A DNA stretch of 62,864 nt, from contig CAUUZR010000001.1 of NCBI GenBank assembly GCA_963549685.1, positions 1 through 62,864 on the forward strand. Reading direction: 5' to 3'. The notes beneath the pieces are model-generated. The model saw only the letters and a list, made by a program, of their open reading frames with translations, had not been told where the DNA came from and did not search any database. Each line of letters opens with the position of its first letter. The stretch's first letter is position 1. Below, one piece after another: positions 1 to 12,391 of this stretch. The stretch is from an uncultured Candidatus Saccharibacteria bacterium (GTDB lineage Bacteria > Patescibacteriota > Saccharimonadia > Saccharimonadales > Saccharimonadaceae). Made by a program: the position numbers and the translations under genes.

Positions 1-2
1 AA

Positions 3-86
3 CCGCCCGACCAGACTTTTTCCAAATTCAAAAAGAAATTCGGCGGGGGAAATCTCAAAAAAATATGCAAAAGTCTGGGCGGGCGG
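3..86. repeat. Imperfect inverted repeat (CCGCCCG-a-CCAGACTTTT ... AAAAGTCTGG-g-CGGGCGG)
   Basis: 3-9 pairs with 80-86 and 11-20 pairs with 69-78; read directly from sequence. Confidence 0.75.
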
Positions 87-187
87 GGCACACTCCGTTT
101 ACACCTTGCGTTTTCTAGCATTTTTCCTCAAAATAAGTTCTAGCGTGGGCGTAAAATCTCACCATTTCAGAGTAAAAATCCTAACCA

Positions 188-209
188 TCGCCAGAAATGG
201 CGACTTTTT
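188..209 (+). terminator. Putative intrinsic terminator
   Basis: TCGCCA-GAAA-TGGCGA hairpin followed by CTTTTT. Confidence 0.5.
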
Positions 210-270
210 GGTTAAAATATAGCCTTTTACAACCATTAAAATGCACTCTGTTTTTTGATAAAATCAGATT

Positions 271-810
271 ATGACAAAAGACACACGGAATGTGATTGAT
301 AAATTTAAGGGCCTGCCTGAAGCGGAGATTACCGCCCAGCTTGACTCGCAGGATCATGGGCTAATTATTGCGCTAGAAAACACTGAGCGAGATTTTAACG
401 CTGGTACAATTGTGCGTAGCGCTAATGCATTTGGTGTTAGGCGAGTAATTTTCATCGGTCGGCGACAGTGGAATAAGCGTGGCGCCATGATGACTGATAA
501 ATATTTGCACGTTGAATATGTCAGCACAACCGCCGAGTTTATTAACAAAATGCATGATGAAAATCGGACAATTATAGCGGTCGACAATATTGATGGCAGT
601 CAAAATTTATCCACAGTCAAACTACCTAAGCACGCCGTGATGGTTTTTGGACAAGAGGGTCCCGGTATTTCCGCAAAATTAGCGACCACAGCTGATATGA
701 TTGTGGCCATTGAGCAATTTGGCTCAACCAGAAGCATTAATGTTGGCTCAGCCGCGGCCGTAGCGATGTATGTCTGGCTGGAGCAAAACGTCCTAAATGT
801 GTTAAAATAA
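271..810 (+). CDS. TrmH/SpoU family RNA methyltransferase
   Basis: SPOUT motifs NAGTIVRSA, VFGQEGPGIS, SINVGSAAAV. Confidence 0.9.
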   Translation: MTKDTRNVIDKFKGLPEAEITAQLDSQDHGLIIALENTERDFNAGTIVRSANAFGVRRVIFIGRRQWNKRGAMMTDKYLHVEYVSTTAEFINKMHDENRTIIAVDNIDGSQNLSTVKLPKHAVMVFGQEGPGISAKLATTADMIVAIEQFGSTRSINVGSAAAVAMYVWLEQNVLNVLK

Positions 811-817
811 GCCTAAC

Positions 818-2155
818 ATGAGCAATTTATCAACCCAAAGCTATAAAGGCGCACGTGACTATTTCCCTGAAGACAAACGCCTGCAAAATTATATTTTTAA
901 AATTTGGCACCAAACTGTTCGCAGTTTTGGCTATGAAGAATATGGTGCACCGCTGTTAGAGCCATTAGATATTTACCTCGCCAAGTCAGGGCAAGAGCTG
1001 GCTGGCGAGCAAACTTATTTATTTACTGACCGCGGTAATCGTCAAGTGGCAATTCGCCCAGAAATGACGCCGTCAATTTCTCGCATGGTAGCTGCCAAAC
1101 GGCAAGAGCTCGCCATGCCAGCCCGACTATATTCAATCGCTAATTTTATGCGCTATGAACGACCACAACGGGGGCGAGAGCGAGAGTTTTGGCAATTAAA
1201 CGCTGATCTATTTGGGCTAGATAATGCCGAGGCAGATGCCGAGATTATTGAAATGAGCCATCAGGCAATTATGAATTTTGGTGCCAAGCAGAGCATGTTT
1301 ACTGTCAAGATAAATAATCGCCAATTGATCGATCGCATGATGAGTAAATACCTACAACTAGACATCATCGGCGCTAACATGATGACAAAATTGTTGGATA
1401 AAAAGAATAAGATTCCCGTTGAGGAGTTTAAACGACAGGCTATTGAAATATTCGGCGCAGACCATGCTCAACAGGGTTTGCCGAGATTAGCCGATATGCT
1501 TAATATTAAAACCGTTGACGATCTACCAGAAGAGCTAAAAAACGATATTAGTGTTACTCATATTCGTAAGGTGATGGAACTACTGAAGCAGAAAAACATT
1601 ACCAACGCCGTATTTGATGTAACTTTAATGCGTGGTTTAGACTATTACACCGGCACAGTTTTTGAATTTTTTGATAACTCTCCAGAAAATAATCGAGCAT
1701 TATTTGGTGGCGGGCGCTATGATGGCTTGGTTGGACTATTTGGCGTTGAACCGGTCGCTACAGTTGGTGTCGGTATGGGCGCAACCACCATGCAGGCGTT
1801 TTTGGAAGTTCACGAATTATTACCAAAGTTAAACACCCACACTGATGTTTATATTATACCAATCGGAGAAAGTTGTATGTCTGGCGCCGATGAGTTAGCC
1901 AGAAAATTACGTACTAACGGCGTTAATACTGAGCTGGATATCACTGGTCGCAAAATTGATAAGCAATTGAAAACTGCTCTTAAAAAACAAATTCCATTTG
2001 CGATATTCGTTGGCGAGGAAGAGCTGGAAACCGGTGTTTATCCTATAAAAAATCTAGTTGAATCAACCGAAGAAAAGGTTGATGTAGATAGAATTATCAC
2101 CATCGTGAAAGATCGACGATACGATGGCGACGAAGATGCTGACTTTGAAGTTTAG
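818..2155 (+). CDS. hisS: Histidine--tRNA ligase
   Basis: RPEMT, RYERPQRGREREF, RGLDYYTG, GGGRYDGL motifs. Confidence 0.97.
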   Translation: MSNLSTQSYKGARDYFPEDKRLQNYIFKIWHQTVRSFGYEEYGAPLLEPLDIYLAKSGQELAGEQTYLFTDRGNRQVAIRPEMTPSISRMVAAKRQELAMPARLYSIANFMRYERPQRGREREFWQLNADLFGLDNAEADAEIIEMSHQAIMNFGAKQSMFTVKINNRQLIDRMMSKYLQLDIIGANMMTKLLDKKNKIPVEEFKRQAIEIFGADHAQQGLPRLADMLNIKTVDDLPEELKNDISVTHIRKVMELLKQKNITNAVFDVTLMRGLDYYTGTVFEFFDNSPENNRALFGGGRYDGLVGLFGVEPVATVGVGMGATTMQAFLEVHELLPKLNTHTDVYIIPIGESCMSGADELARKLRTNGVNTELDITGRKIDKQLKTALKKQIPFAIFVGEEELETGVYPIKNLVESTEEKVDVDRIITIVKDRRYDGDEDADFEV

Positions 2156-2181
2156 GCTTATATCTGGTATAATCAACAGAT

Positions 2182-3465
2182 ATGAAAACAGTTGTAAAGA
2201 ATTTATCAGATACTAAAGTTATATTGACTATTTCACTTGACTCGACAGAATTGTCAACAGCAGAAAAAGTAGCCCTAACCAAGCTGGCTCGTGACGTAAA
2301 AGTGCCAGGTTTTCGTAAAGGTAAAGTGCCAAATAGCGTAGCAGAAAAGCATATCAATCCTAATACTTTACAAGAACAAACTTTGGAAAACGCCCTGTCT
2401 AAGGCCGTGGCAGAAGCTTTCATTAATGAAAAGCTTCAAGCTTTAGATCGACCAGAAGTTGAGGTTAAGAAATTCGTACCAGGCAAGGAGCTAGAATTTA
2501 CTGCCGAGGCGGAAATCGTACCGCCAGTAAAACTTGGTAATTATAAAAAATTAAAAGCCAAAAAGTCTCCTGTCAAGGTAGAAACCAAAGAAGTTGATGA
2601 AATTATCGAGCGCATACGTCAAAATTATGCTGAAAAAACTGAGGTTAAACGTACCGCCAAAGATGGTGATGAAGTAGTGATTGATTTTGTTGGCAAGAAA
2701 GATAATGTGGCGTTTGATGGCGGAAGTGCCAAGAATTACACATTGAAACTGGGTAGCGGTCAGTTTATTCCAGGTTTTGAAGAGGGTATCGTCGGACATA
2801 AAGCTGGTGATAAATTTGACATAGACTTGGCATTTCCCAAAGATTATCACGCTGAGAATTTAGCCGGTAGTAAAGTGGTGTTTAGTGTTACCCTACACAA
2901 AGTCAATGAAATCACTCTGCCAGAGCTAAATGATGAATTTGCTGCCAAATGTGGTCCGTTCACTGAGATGAAGGACCTAAAATCTGATATTAAACGGGAA
3001 ATTACTGCCCAAAAAGAACGAGAAGCTGATGAAAAGTTGAAAGATGAATTGGTTGGCGAATTAACAGAATCATCAAAGGTGGCACTGCCAGAGATATTAG
3101 TAGCTGATCAATTGAAATCAATCGAGCAAGATTTGATACAAAATCTTTCTTATCAAGGATTAACTTTGGAATCTTATCTCAAAGAGCAAGGCTTCAAAGA
3201 TAAAGAAGACTGGCAGACCAAAGAGGCTCGCCCAGCAGCTGAAAAACGAGTCAAAGCTGGCTTGGTATTGGCTGAACTATCAAAAGAATTGAAAATTGAA
3301 GTATCGCATGATGAGTTAGATGCTCAAATTTCAGCTTTCAAGCAACAATACGGTAAAGATGAAAAAACCATCGCACAATTTGACAACCTAGAAGTGCACC
3401 GTAGTATCGCTAACCGAATGATTACTGATAAAACTGTTGAAGAATTAGTCAAAATTAACTCATAG
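2182..3465 (+). CDS. tig: Trigger factor
   Basis: GFRKGKVP ribosome-binding motif, FKBP domain (FIPGFEE), adjacent to clpP. Confidence 0.97.
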   Translation: MKTVVKNLSDTKVILTISLDSTELSTAEKVALTKLARDVKVPGFRKGKVPNSVAEKHINPNTLQEQTLENALSKAVAEAFINEKLQALDRPEVEVKKFVPGKELEFTAEAEIVPPVKLGNYKKLKAKKSPVKVETKEVDEIIERIRQNYAEKTEVKRTAKDGDEVVIDFVGKKDNVAFDGGSAKNYTLKLGSGQFIPGFEEGIVGHKAGDKFDIDLAFPKDYHAENLAGSKVVFSVTLHKVNEITLPELNDEFAAKCGPFTEMKDLKSDIKREITAQKEREADEKLKDELVGELTESSKVALPEILVADQLKSIEQDLIQNLSYQGLTLESYLKEQGFKDKEDWQTKEARPAAEKRVKAGLVLAELSKELKIEVSHDELDAQISAFKQQYGKDEKTIAQFDNLEVHRSIANRMITDKTVEELVKINS

Positions 3466-3473
3466 GAAAATTG

Positions 3474-4070
3474 ATGAACACCGCAAAAAGCTACCTAGTT
3501 CCCACCGTCATCGAGAAGTCACCTGACGGTGAACGGGCGTTTGATATTTATTCACGCCTGCTCAATGAGCGGATAATTTTCCTGGGCGAGGAAGTGAATG
3601 AGCATACCGCCAACATCGTAGTGGCGCAGCTGCTGCACCTGGCGCATGTTGATCCAACAGCCGACATCTCGCTGTATATCAATAGCCCGGGTGGCAGCGT
3701 TTATGATGGGTTGGCAATTTATGACACCATGAATTTTATTAAGCCAGATGTAGCGACGTATGGTATTGGCTTGCAGGCCAGTATGGGGGCGTTTTTACTG
3801 AGCTCTGGCGCCAAAAGTAAGCGATTTTGTCTGCCGCATGCTAAAGTGATGATTCACCAGCCATCTTCTGGCACACGTGGCAAGGTGACCGATATGGAAA
3901 TCGACCTTAAAGAGACTTTGGAACTAAAGGAGCTATTGGCAAAAATTATGGCTAAAAACACTGGTCAGAAACTCTCTAAAGTCAAGGCTGACATGGAGCG
4001 TGACTATTGGATGTCGCCAAATGAGGCTGTGAAGTACGGACTGATTGATAAGGTTATTGCTCACGCCTAA
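3474..4070 (+). CDS. clpP: ATP-dependent Clp protease proteolytic subunit
   Basis: [26 protein letters not shown] at 3474 preferred over TTG 3471. Confidence 0.97.
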   Translation: MNTAKSYLVPTVIEKSPDGERAFDIYSRLLNERIIFLGEEVNEHTANIVVAQLLHLAHVDPTADISLYINSPGGSVYDGLAIYDTMNFIKPDVATYGIGLQASMGAFLLSSGAKSKRFCLPHAKVMIHQPSSGTRGKVTDMEIDLKETLELKELLAKIMAKNTGQKLSKVKADMERDYWMSPNEAVKYGLIDKVIAHA

Positions 4071-4072
4071 TA

Positions 4073-4108
4073 ACGCTACATCTAGCGTCCAGACCCCATA
4101 TATAGCGT
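4073..4108. promoter_or_regulatory. Tandem NrdR-box-like palindromic operators upstream of thyA
   Basis: ACGCTACATCTAGCGT (4073-4088) and ACCCCATATATAGCGT (4093-4108) resemble the NrdR consensus acaCwAtATaTwGtgt. Confidence 0.6.
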
Positions 4109-4191
4109 ATCGTTGTGAAAAGTACGCCATATTTTGCTTGTAATTTTTCTGGAAAATCGTCATACTTGAAGGTGAGGAGGAACTACAAAAA

Positions 4192-5130
4192 ATGAAACAA
4201 TACCTAGAACTGTTAAAGGACATCCGTGATAATGGCGAGGTTAAGGGTGATCGAACCGGTACAGGCACTAAGAGTGTATTTGGTCGTCAAGTGCGCTACA
4301 ATCTTGCAGATGGTTTTCCAGCGGTGACGACCAAGAAGTTATATTTTCGTAGCGTAGTACATGAACTACTGTGGTTTCTTAAGGGTACTGGCAACATTGA
4401 ATATTTAGCGCAAAATAATGTGCATATTTGGGATGAGTGGCCATACAAACACTACCTGGAAGGAACAGGTCAGGAGGTGCCTGACTCATCAAGCGAGCAG
4501 TGGAAATCTGGTATTAAAGAATTTATTGGAAAAATAGCGACTGATCACTCTTTTGCTGAGCAATGGGGTGACCTTGGACCAGTTTACGGCGTGCAGTGGC
4601 GCAAATGGCCAGACGGCCAAGGCGGGACGATTGATCAAATTCAGCAGACAATCAACACCATCAAAAATAATCCAAATTCACGACGCAGTATCGTTAGCGC
4701 TTGGAATGTGGCGGAAATTGACGATATCGCAGCAGCTGGTGGTCTGCCGCCATGTCATACGCTGTTTCAATTGAACGTTCGCTCAGGGCAGAATGGCGAA
4801 AAAGACAAGCTTGATCTGCATCTGTATCAGCGATCAGCCGATACCTTTCTTGGCGTACCGTTCAATATCGCCAGCTATGCCTTACTCTTGAGTATATTAG
4901 CGCAAGTAACCGATAAGCAACCAGGCGAATTTGTCCATACGCTAGCCGATACGCACATTTATCTCAATCACTTAGAGCAGGTCGATGAACAGTTATCACG
5001 CCAGCCATTACCGTTACCACAGCTGTGGCTTAACCCCGAAATTACCGATATCAATGACTTTACTTTTGACGATATTCGCTTGGAAAATTACCAGTCGCAT
5101 CCAGCTATCAAAGCGCCGATTGCGGTGTAA
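4192..5130 (+). CDS. thyA: Thymidylate synthase (long form with small-domain insertion)
   Basis: [38 protein letters not shown]. Confidence 0.97.
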   Translation: MKQYLELLKDIRDNGEVKGDRTGTGTKSVFGRQVRYNLADGFPAVTTKKLYFRSVVHELLWFLKGTGNIEYLAQNNVHIWDEWPYKHYLEGTGQEVPDSSSEQWKSGIKEFIGKIATDHSFAEQWGDLGPVYGVQWRKWPDGQGGTIDQIQQTINTIKNNPNSRRSIVSAWNVAEIDDIAAAGGLPPCHTLFQLNVRSGQNGEKDKLDLHLYQRSADTFLGVPFNIASYALLLSILAQVTDKQPGEFVHTLADTHIYLNHLEQVDEQLSRQPLPLPQLWLNPEITDINDFTFDDIRLENYQSHPAIKAPIAV

Positions 5131-5617
5131 GGCGCTGATATTCCACGAAATCAAAATCGTAGACATTTTTTTCGTCAGCCGGGTGATGTTCACGGGCGAT
5201 TTCCTGCCATTGACTCATGTCTAGTGACGGGAAAAAGGTGTCGGCTTCAGGAAACTCCGCCTGAACTTCGGTGGCGTATATTTTGGTGATCTCGGGATTG
5301 TTTAAGGCTTCAGTATAAACTTGAGCGCCGCCGATGATAAACGTCTTATAACGCGCCAAAGCCAATGCGCTATCTAAGTCTACGGCAGTCAAAACTTTAG
5401 CGACACCAGTTGGTCGAGATGAAATAACAATGTTTTCTCGCTCAGGCAACGGCTTTTTACCAATTGATTCAAAGGTTTTTCGCCCCATAATAACATTACC
5501 GCCGATAGTGAGGCGCTTAAACCGTGCTAAATCTGCTGGCAAATCTCGTCCCCAAGGCAAATCACCGTTTTTGCCGATTGCTCGGTGCTTGTCATACGCT
5601 ACAATAATTCCTATCAT
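5108..5617 (-). CDS. folA: Dihydrofolate reductase
   Basis: [32 protein letters not shown]. Confidence 0.96.
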   Translation of the reverse strand: MIGIIVAYDKHRAIGKNGDLPWGRDLPADLARFKRLTIGGNVIMGRKTFESIGKKPLPERENIVISSRPTGVAKVLTAVDLDSALALARYKTFIIGGAQVYTEALNNPEITKIYATEVQAEFPEADTFFPSLDMSQWQEIAREHHPADEKNVYDFDFVEYQRLTPQSAL

Positions 5618-5666
5618 GAAGCTATTTTACCACAACAGATGACAGTTGCTATGCTATAATGACAGA

Positions 5667-6761
5667 ATGAAATCGTTCTGGCATGATTTACCGCAGCCAT
5701 TTTTCATCTTGGCACCGATGGAAGCCGTCACTGACATGGTGTTTCGTCATGTCGTGAAAAGGGCGGGCGCACCCGACGTGTTTTTCACCGAATTTGCCAA
5801 CGCCACCGGCTGGGTACACGCCGGCGACAAGGCTATTGCCGGGCGGTTGATTAAAACCGATGACGAACATCCACTAGTCGCCCAAATCTGGGGCGGCGAA
5901 CCAGGCGATATGGAGCAATTTGCCGCTCACTGTGCGAAGCTAAGCTTTGACGGTATCGATATCAACATGGGCTGTCCCGCCAAATCCGCCATCAAATCAG
6001 GTGGTGCAGCACTGATCCGCCAGCCCGACATAGCGGTCGCCGCCATTGCTGCCGCTAAAACCGCTGGATTTCCAGTCAGCGTCAAAACCAGGCTGGGCTA
6101 TACTTATGTTGATGAATGGCGCGAATGGCTAACGACCATCTTACAGCAAAATATTGTCAATCTGACAATTCATTTACGCACCAAAAAGGAGATGAGTAAA
6201 GTCCCGGCGCATTACGAACTTATCAACGATATCATTAAACTGCGTGATGAAATCGCTCCGCAAACGCTCTTGACTATCAACGGCGACATCCGCGACCGCA
6301 CCCACGGCGAAGAACTCGTCCGTCAACACCCCGGCGTCAACGGCATTATGATCGGGCGGGGAGTTTTTAGCGATCCGTTTTGCTTTCGGAAAGGCGGAGT
6401 GTCTTCAGAGATCGAGGATAAGCGGGTGATAGTCGGCGGGGCAGCACCCACTTCAGAACAAATCTCTGATTTTTCAGAAGTAGGGGCGGACCGACTAGCA
6501 GGACCCGCATCTAGCGACCCACGTGCCGTCGCAGACGGCGACGACGGGAGCGACAATGTTAAATCGGAACTTATATGTCTATTACACTACCACCTCGACC
6601 TCTTCGACCACTACCAACCAATCCTCGGCCGCCCCTACGAAACCCTCAAACGCTTCTTCAAGATCTATATTCGGGATTTTGACGGTGCCAAAGAACTGCG
6701 CGAACAGTTAATGCACACCAAAACGACCGACGAAGTCCGTCAGATACTTGAAAATATATAA
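5667..6761 (+). CDS. tRNA-dihydrouridine synthase family protein, with internal ~50-aa insertion
   Basis: LAPME, DINMGCP, SVKTRLG, NGDI, MIGRG; ATG 5667 lies 6 nt after TGCTATAAT. Confidence 0.93.
   Translation: MKSFWHDLPQPFFILAPMEAVTDMVFRHVVKRAGAPDVFFTEFANATGWVHAGDKAIAGRLIKTDDEHPLVAQIWGGEPGDMEQFAAHCAKLSFDGIDINMGCPAKSAIKSGGAALIRQPDIAVAAIAAAKTAGFPVSVKTRLGYTYVDEWREWLTTILQQNIVNLTIHLRTKKEMSKVPAHYELINDIIKLRDEIAPQTLLTINGDIRDRTHGEELVRQHPGVNGIMIGRGVFSDPFCFRKGGVSSEIEDKRVIVGGAAPTSEQISDFSEVGADRLAGPASSDPRAVADGDDGSDNVKSELICLLHYHLDLFDHYQPILGRPYETLKRFFKIYIRDFDGAKELREQLMHTKTTDEVRQILENI
6422..6548. repeat. Palindromic element inserted in frame in dus
   Basis: Nested stems GCGGGT/ACCCGC, TAGTCGG/CCGACTA, ACTTC/GAAGT, AAATC/GATTT, then GCCGTC-GCA-GACGGC. 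Confidence 0.7.
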
Positions 6762-6783
6762 TGTTTATGATATAATATTAAGT

Positions 6784-7618
6784 ATGGGCAAGCCTATTGA
6801 AAGTAATCTATCTTATCTCTACACACAAGATACCACGGCGAGCAACTTAGAAAGTTCGCCAGAAGGTATAATATTATTGTCAAAAATATCTAAAGTTAAT
6901 CAGACAACCTCAGAGGCTGAATTACACACAAGGCCAGGCTATTCATTGGGTAGAGAAGATAGTATACATAGCGTTCAGTTCGCTGACCTAGTAATACCAA
7001 GACAATCTGGCGTATCAACTGTCCAGCCTATAGCAATCAAACCAGTCATGTCTGCAAAGGATGCTATTCGCGAACACAAGGTAGCATGCTATCTTAATAA
7101 ACAAGGTGAACAGCTGACTTTTCGACCTCTAGGCTTTACTAGATGGGGGGGGTAATTTCAGTACTATTACCGAATTTGACCAGGGTGTTGTTACTTACGA
7201 CAACACTATCTTGCAAGAATCACATAAACCGACAGAACCAGAAATAATAGAGGCCTTAACTGTCGCCGCACAAACACTAATTATTTTAAATGATAGAGGT
7301 CTAACGCACGGAGATTTTCAGGTAAAAAATACTGGCAGCGATATTAATGGTAGACCGAGAATTATCGACCTCACAACTATAAAAAAATTTCGCGACACAG
7401 AAGATCTGTCCTATGATATTATGGTATATCTAGAATCCCTCACTAGGTTTGGCACTAAACTATCTCCCATTAGCCAACAACAGTTCGACGATCATTTTCT
7501 ACACACCTACGAGAAAAGCGTAAGCGATATTTTCCCAGAACAAAGAGCGTTGGAGGTAAAGATGGCCATCACTGCTGTGCGAGATAGTATGGATTTCTTG
7601 GTCGGACCTAGAATATAA
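6784..7618 (+). pseudogene. Protein-kinase-like (Kdo/RIO/APH-type fold) gene split by a frameshift in a G8 tract
   Basis: AIKP in first ORF; HGDFQVKN and IIDL in second; removing one G from 7145-7152 fuses the ORFs (RWGGNFSTITEF...). Confidence 0.7.
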
Positions 7619-7622
7619 TGTC

Positions 7623-8042
7623 CTAGCGTCGTCGCTTGCGTCGTTGCAAATCCGCCACTTTCAACCGCACCATGTGCCGGTCGATAAGCTGTTTGGCTTT
7701 TTCGCGCTCTATCTGATTGCCAGCGTTATCACGTGCTGTAATAGCTCGCTCCAGCGCCGCCTGCGTTTCCGCCTCCAAAATATCGTCGCCGTGATCAGCT
7801 TCGTCCACTAAAATCTGCACTGACGAATGGTCAATTTTCACCACGCCGCCAGAGATAGCAAAGAACTCTTCCTCTTGCGTTTCCTTGTTGCGGCGAACGG
7901 TGATGACGCCGTCCCTCGCCACCGTCACCAGCGGCTCGTGGCTCGGCAACACCGAAATTTCGCCGTCAATCGTCGGAATGGTTACTGAATAAACAGGTTC
8001 ATCCAGCTTGACACCACCGAGCGTTACTAGCTTCAAATTCAT
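7623..8042 (-). CDS. atpC: ATP synthase epsilon subunit
   Basis: GEISVLPSHEPL, ISGG; operon position. Confidence 0.95.
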   Translation of the reverse strand: MNLKLVTLGGVKLDEPVYSVTIPTIDGEISVLPSHEPLVTVARDGVITVRRNKETQEEEFFAISGGVVKIDHSSVQILVDEADHGDDILEAETQAALERAITARDNAGNQIEREKAKQLIDRHMVRLKVADLQRRKRRR

Positions 8043-8046
8043 CTAG

Positions 8047-10361
<2,315 letters not shown>

Positions 10362-10364
10362 GAT

Positions 10365-11894
10365 TTACTCCTCAAATCCCTTCGCAACCTTAACGGTTAT
10401 ATTATCAATAATCTTCAACTGCTCATCGGTTGGCTTATCGCCTTTATTAAGCTGACGCATAATATCCTTATGTTCAGTCCATAATTTTGTCAAAGTCGCT
10501 TGTTGAGCCTCCTTAATCTTGGCGACCGGCACTTTATCAAAAGCGCCACTAGTCACCGCATGAATACTGACAAATTGCTCCCAGACACTCATCGGTTGGT
10601 ACTGTGGCTGCTTCAATAGTTCAGTCAAGCGCTGACCACGGTCAATTTGCGCCTTGGTTGCATCATCCAGGTCTGAGCCAAATTGAGCGAAACTAGCCAA
10701 CTCACGGAACTGACTCAAACCAAGCTTCAAGTTACCGCCGACCGACTTAACCGCCTTGGTCTGAGCGGCGCCACCAACACGGGAGACCGATAGACCAGCA
10801 GAAATCGCCGGGCGAATACCTTGATAGAACAGATCGGTTTCCAGGAAAATCTGACCGTCGGTGATGGAAATCACGTTGGTCGGAATGTACGCCGAGATAT
10901 CGCCAGCCTGCGTCTCGATGATTGGCAAGGCGGTCAGTGAACCGGCACCCAATTCATCAGATAATTTTGCTGAACGCTCCAGTAGGCGAGAGTGTAGATA
11001 GAACACATCACCAGGATAAGCTTCACGTCCCGGTGGACGGCGCAAAAGGAGTGACATCTGGCGGTATGCCACCGCATGTTTGGTCAAATCGTCATAAATA
11101 ATCAGGGCATGTTCACCTTTATCACGGAAGTACTCACCCATAGCCGTACCAGCATATGGTGCCAAGTACAACAGGGAAGCGGCGTCCGACGGACTGGTCG
11201 CTACCACAATGGTTTGCTCCATTACACCCTCTTCCTTGAGGCGCTCCACTAAGCGAGCAATCTTTGATAACTTCTGACCAACCGCTACATAAACGTTAAC
11301 CACGCCAGTTTTTTGCTTGGCTTGGTTAATCATAGTGTCGATAGCGATCGCCGTCTTACCGGTCTGACGATCACCGATAATCAACTCACGCTGACCACGA
11401 CCAATTGGGAACATAGCGTCAATTGACATAATACCGGTCATCAGCGGCTCATGGACAGATTTACGCCCCATCACGCCGATAGCCGGCCTTTCAATCAAAC
11501 CACGCTGTTTCGTCTTGATAGCTGGTCCGCCATCTAGCGGCCGACCGAGCGGGTCAACTACTCGACCGAGTAACTCCTCACCAACCGGCACGTCCAAAAT
11601 TGCTCCTTTACGGCGAACGCTCATTCCAGCTTTGACCTTTTCTTCGCCACCAAGGATCACCGCACCGATTTCATCTTCCATCAAGTTCAAGGCAAATGCC
11701 TCCACGATATCACCGTTATCGGTCTCAATTTCCAGCACTTCGCTGTAGCCAGCCTTATTTAAGCCGTGCACCCAGGCCACACCATCACCGATGCGAATAA
11801 CCACACCAGCATCTTCTAATCCTTCTGTCGCCTCCAGCTGTGCGATTTTTTCCCGCAGGCTTTTGGCTAGCTCTGTCACATCAATCTTGCTCAT
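10365..11894 (-). CDS. atpA: ATP synthase alpha subunit
   Basis: [29 protein letters not shown]. Confidence 0.98.
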   Translation of the reverse strand: MSKIDVTELAKSLREKIAQLEATEGLEDAGVVIRIGDGVAWVHGLNKAGYSEVLEIETDNGDIVEAFALNLMEDEIGAVILGGEEKVKAGMSVRRKGAILDVPVGEELLGRVVDPLGRPLDGGPAIKTKQRGLIERPAIGVMGRKSVHEPLMTGIMSIDAMFPIGRGQRELIIGDRQTGKTAIAIDTMINQAKQKTGVVNVYVAVGQKLSKIARLVERLKEEGVMEQTIVVATSPSDAASLLYLAPYAGTAMGEYFRDKGEHALIIYDDLTKHAVAYRQMSLLLRRPPGREAYPGDVFYLHSRLLERSAKLSDELGAGSLTALPIIETQAGDISAYIPTNVISITDGQIFLETDLFYQGIRPAISAGLSVSRVGGAAQTKAVKSVGGNLKLGLSQFRELASFAQFGSDLDDATKAQIDRGQRLTELLKQPQYQPMSVWEQFVSIHAVTSGAFDKVPVAKIKEAQQATLTKLWTEHKDIMRQLNKGDKPTDEQLKIIDNITVKVAKGFEE

Positions 11895-11902
11895 TATTCC
11901 TC

Positions 11903-12388
11903 CTAAATTTTCTTCGCCCGCAAGTCGTTTAATTTCTTAGCAATTGTCGCATCCAGCGTTGCGGTTGGCGTCCGCAGTTTGAAACCACCAATTAGCTTTG
12001 GATCAATTGATTCACGCAGCAACACTTTGATATTCTGGCCGATGGCATTTGCTCCGGGTACGCGGCTACTAGCGTCTGACGAGGGTTGCTCTGCAGCCCG
12101 AGCGTCCCCAGACGCCCGGCGCGAAGCCCGCATACCCGAGTTAGACGCTAGTAGCTTTTTAACTGCACCCTTTGTCGCCTCGTCCAGCGTCCGTGCGCTC
12201 TCCACTGTCGCCACGACCGTCCCACACTCAGCCATCTCAGCCTCAATATCCCGCACCAACAAATCAACCTCTCGCTCACGTTTCTCACTAACCAGCAGTG
12301 CCGACAATTCATCAATTACCATTGCATCACCAGCCAATAGTCGCTCAGCTGCATATTGTGCCAATTTTCGCCGAGACACACGCACCAT
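11903..12388 (-). CDS. atpH: ATP synthase delta subunit (short form) with ~30-aa internal insertion
   Basis: Between atpF and atpA; C-terminal IDPKLIGG...DATI motif. Confidence 0.88.
   Translation of the reverse strand: MVRVSRRKLAQYAAERLLAGDAMVIDELSALLVSEKREREVDLLVRDIEAEMAECGTVVATVESARTLDEATKGAVKKLLASNSGMRASRRASGDARAAEQPSSDASSRVPGANAIGQNIKVLLRESIDPKLIGGFKLRTPTATLDATIAKKLNDLRAKKI
12065..12155. repeat. Palindromic element inserted in frame in atpH
   Basis: GCTACTAGCGTCTGAC (12065-12080) vs GTTAGACGCTAGTAGC (12140-12155), 15/16 complementary; inner GCGTC-CCCA-GACGC hairpin. Confidence 0.8.
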
Positions 12389-12391
12389 GAA

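Noticed and set aside
607..615. DnaA box TTATCCACA
   Set aside because: Single copy inside a CDS; no cluster or dnaA nearby
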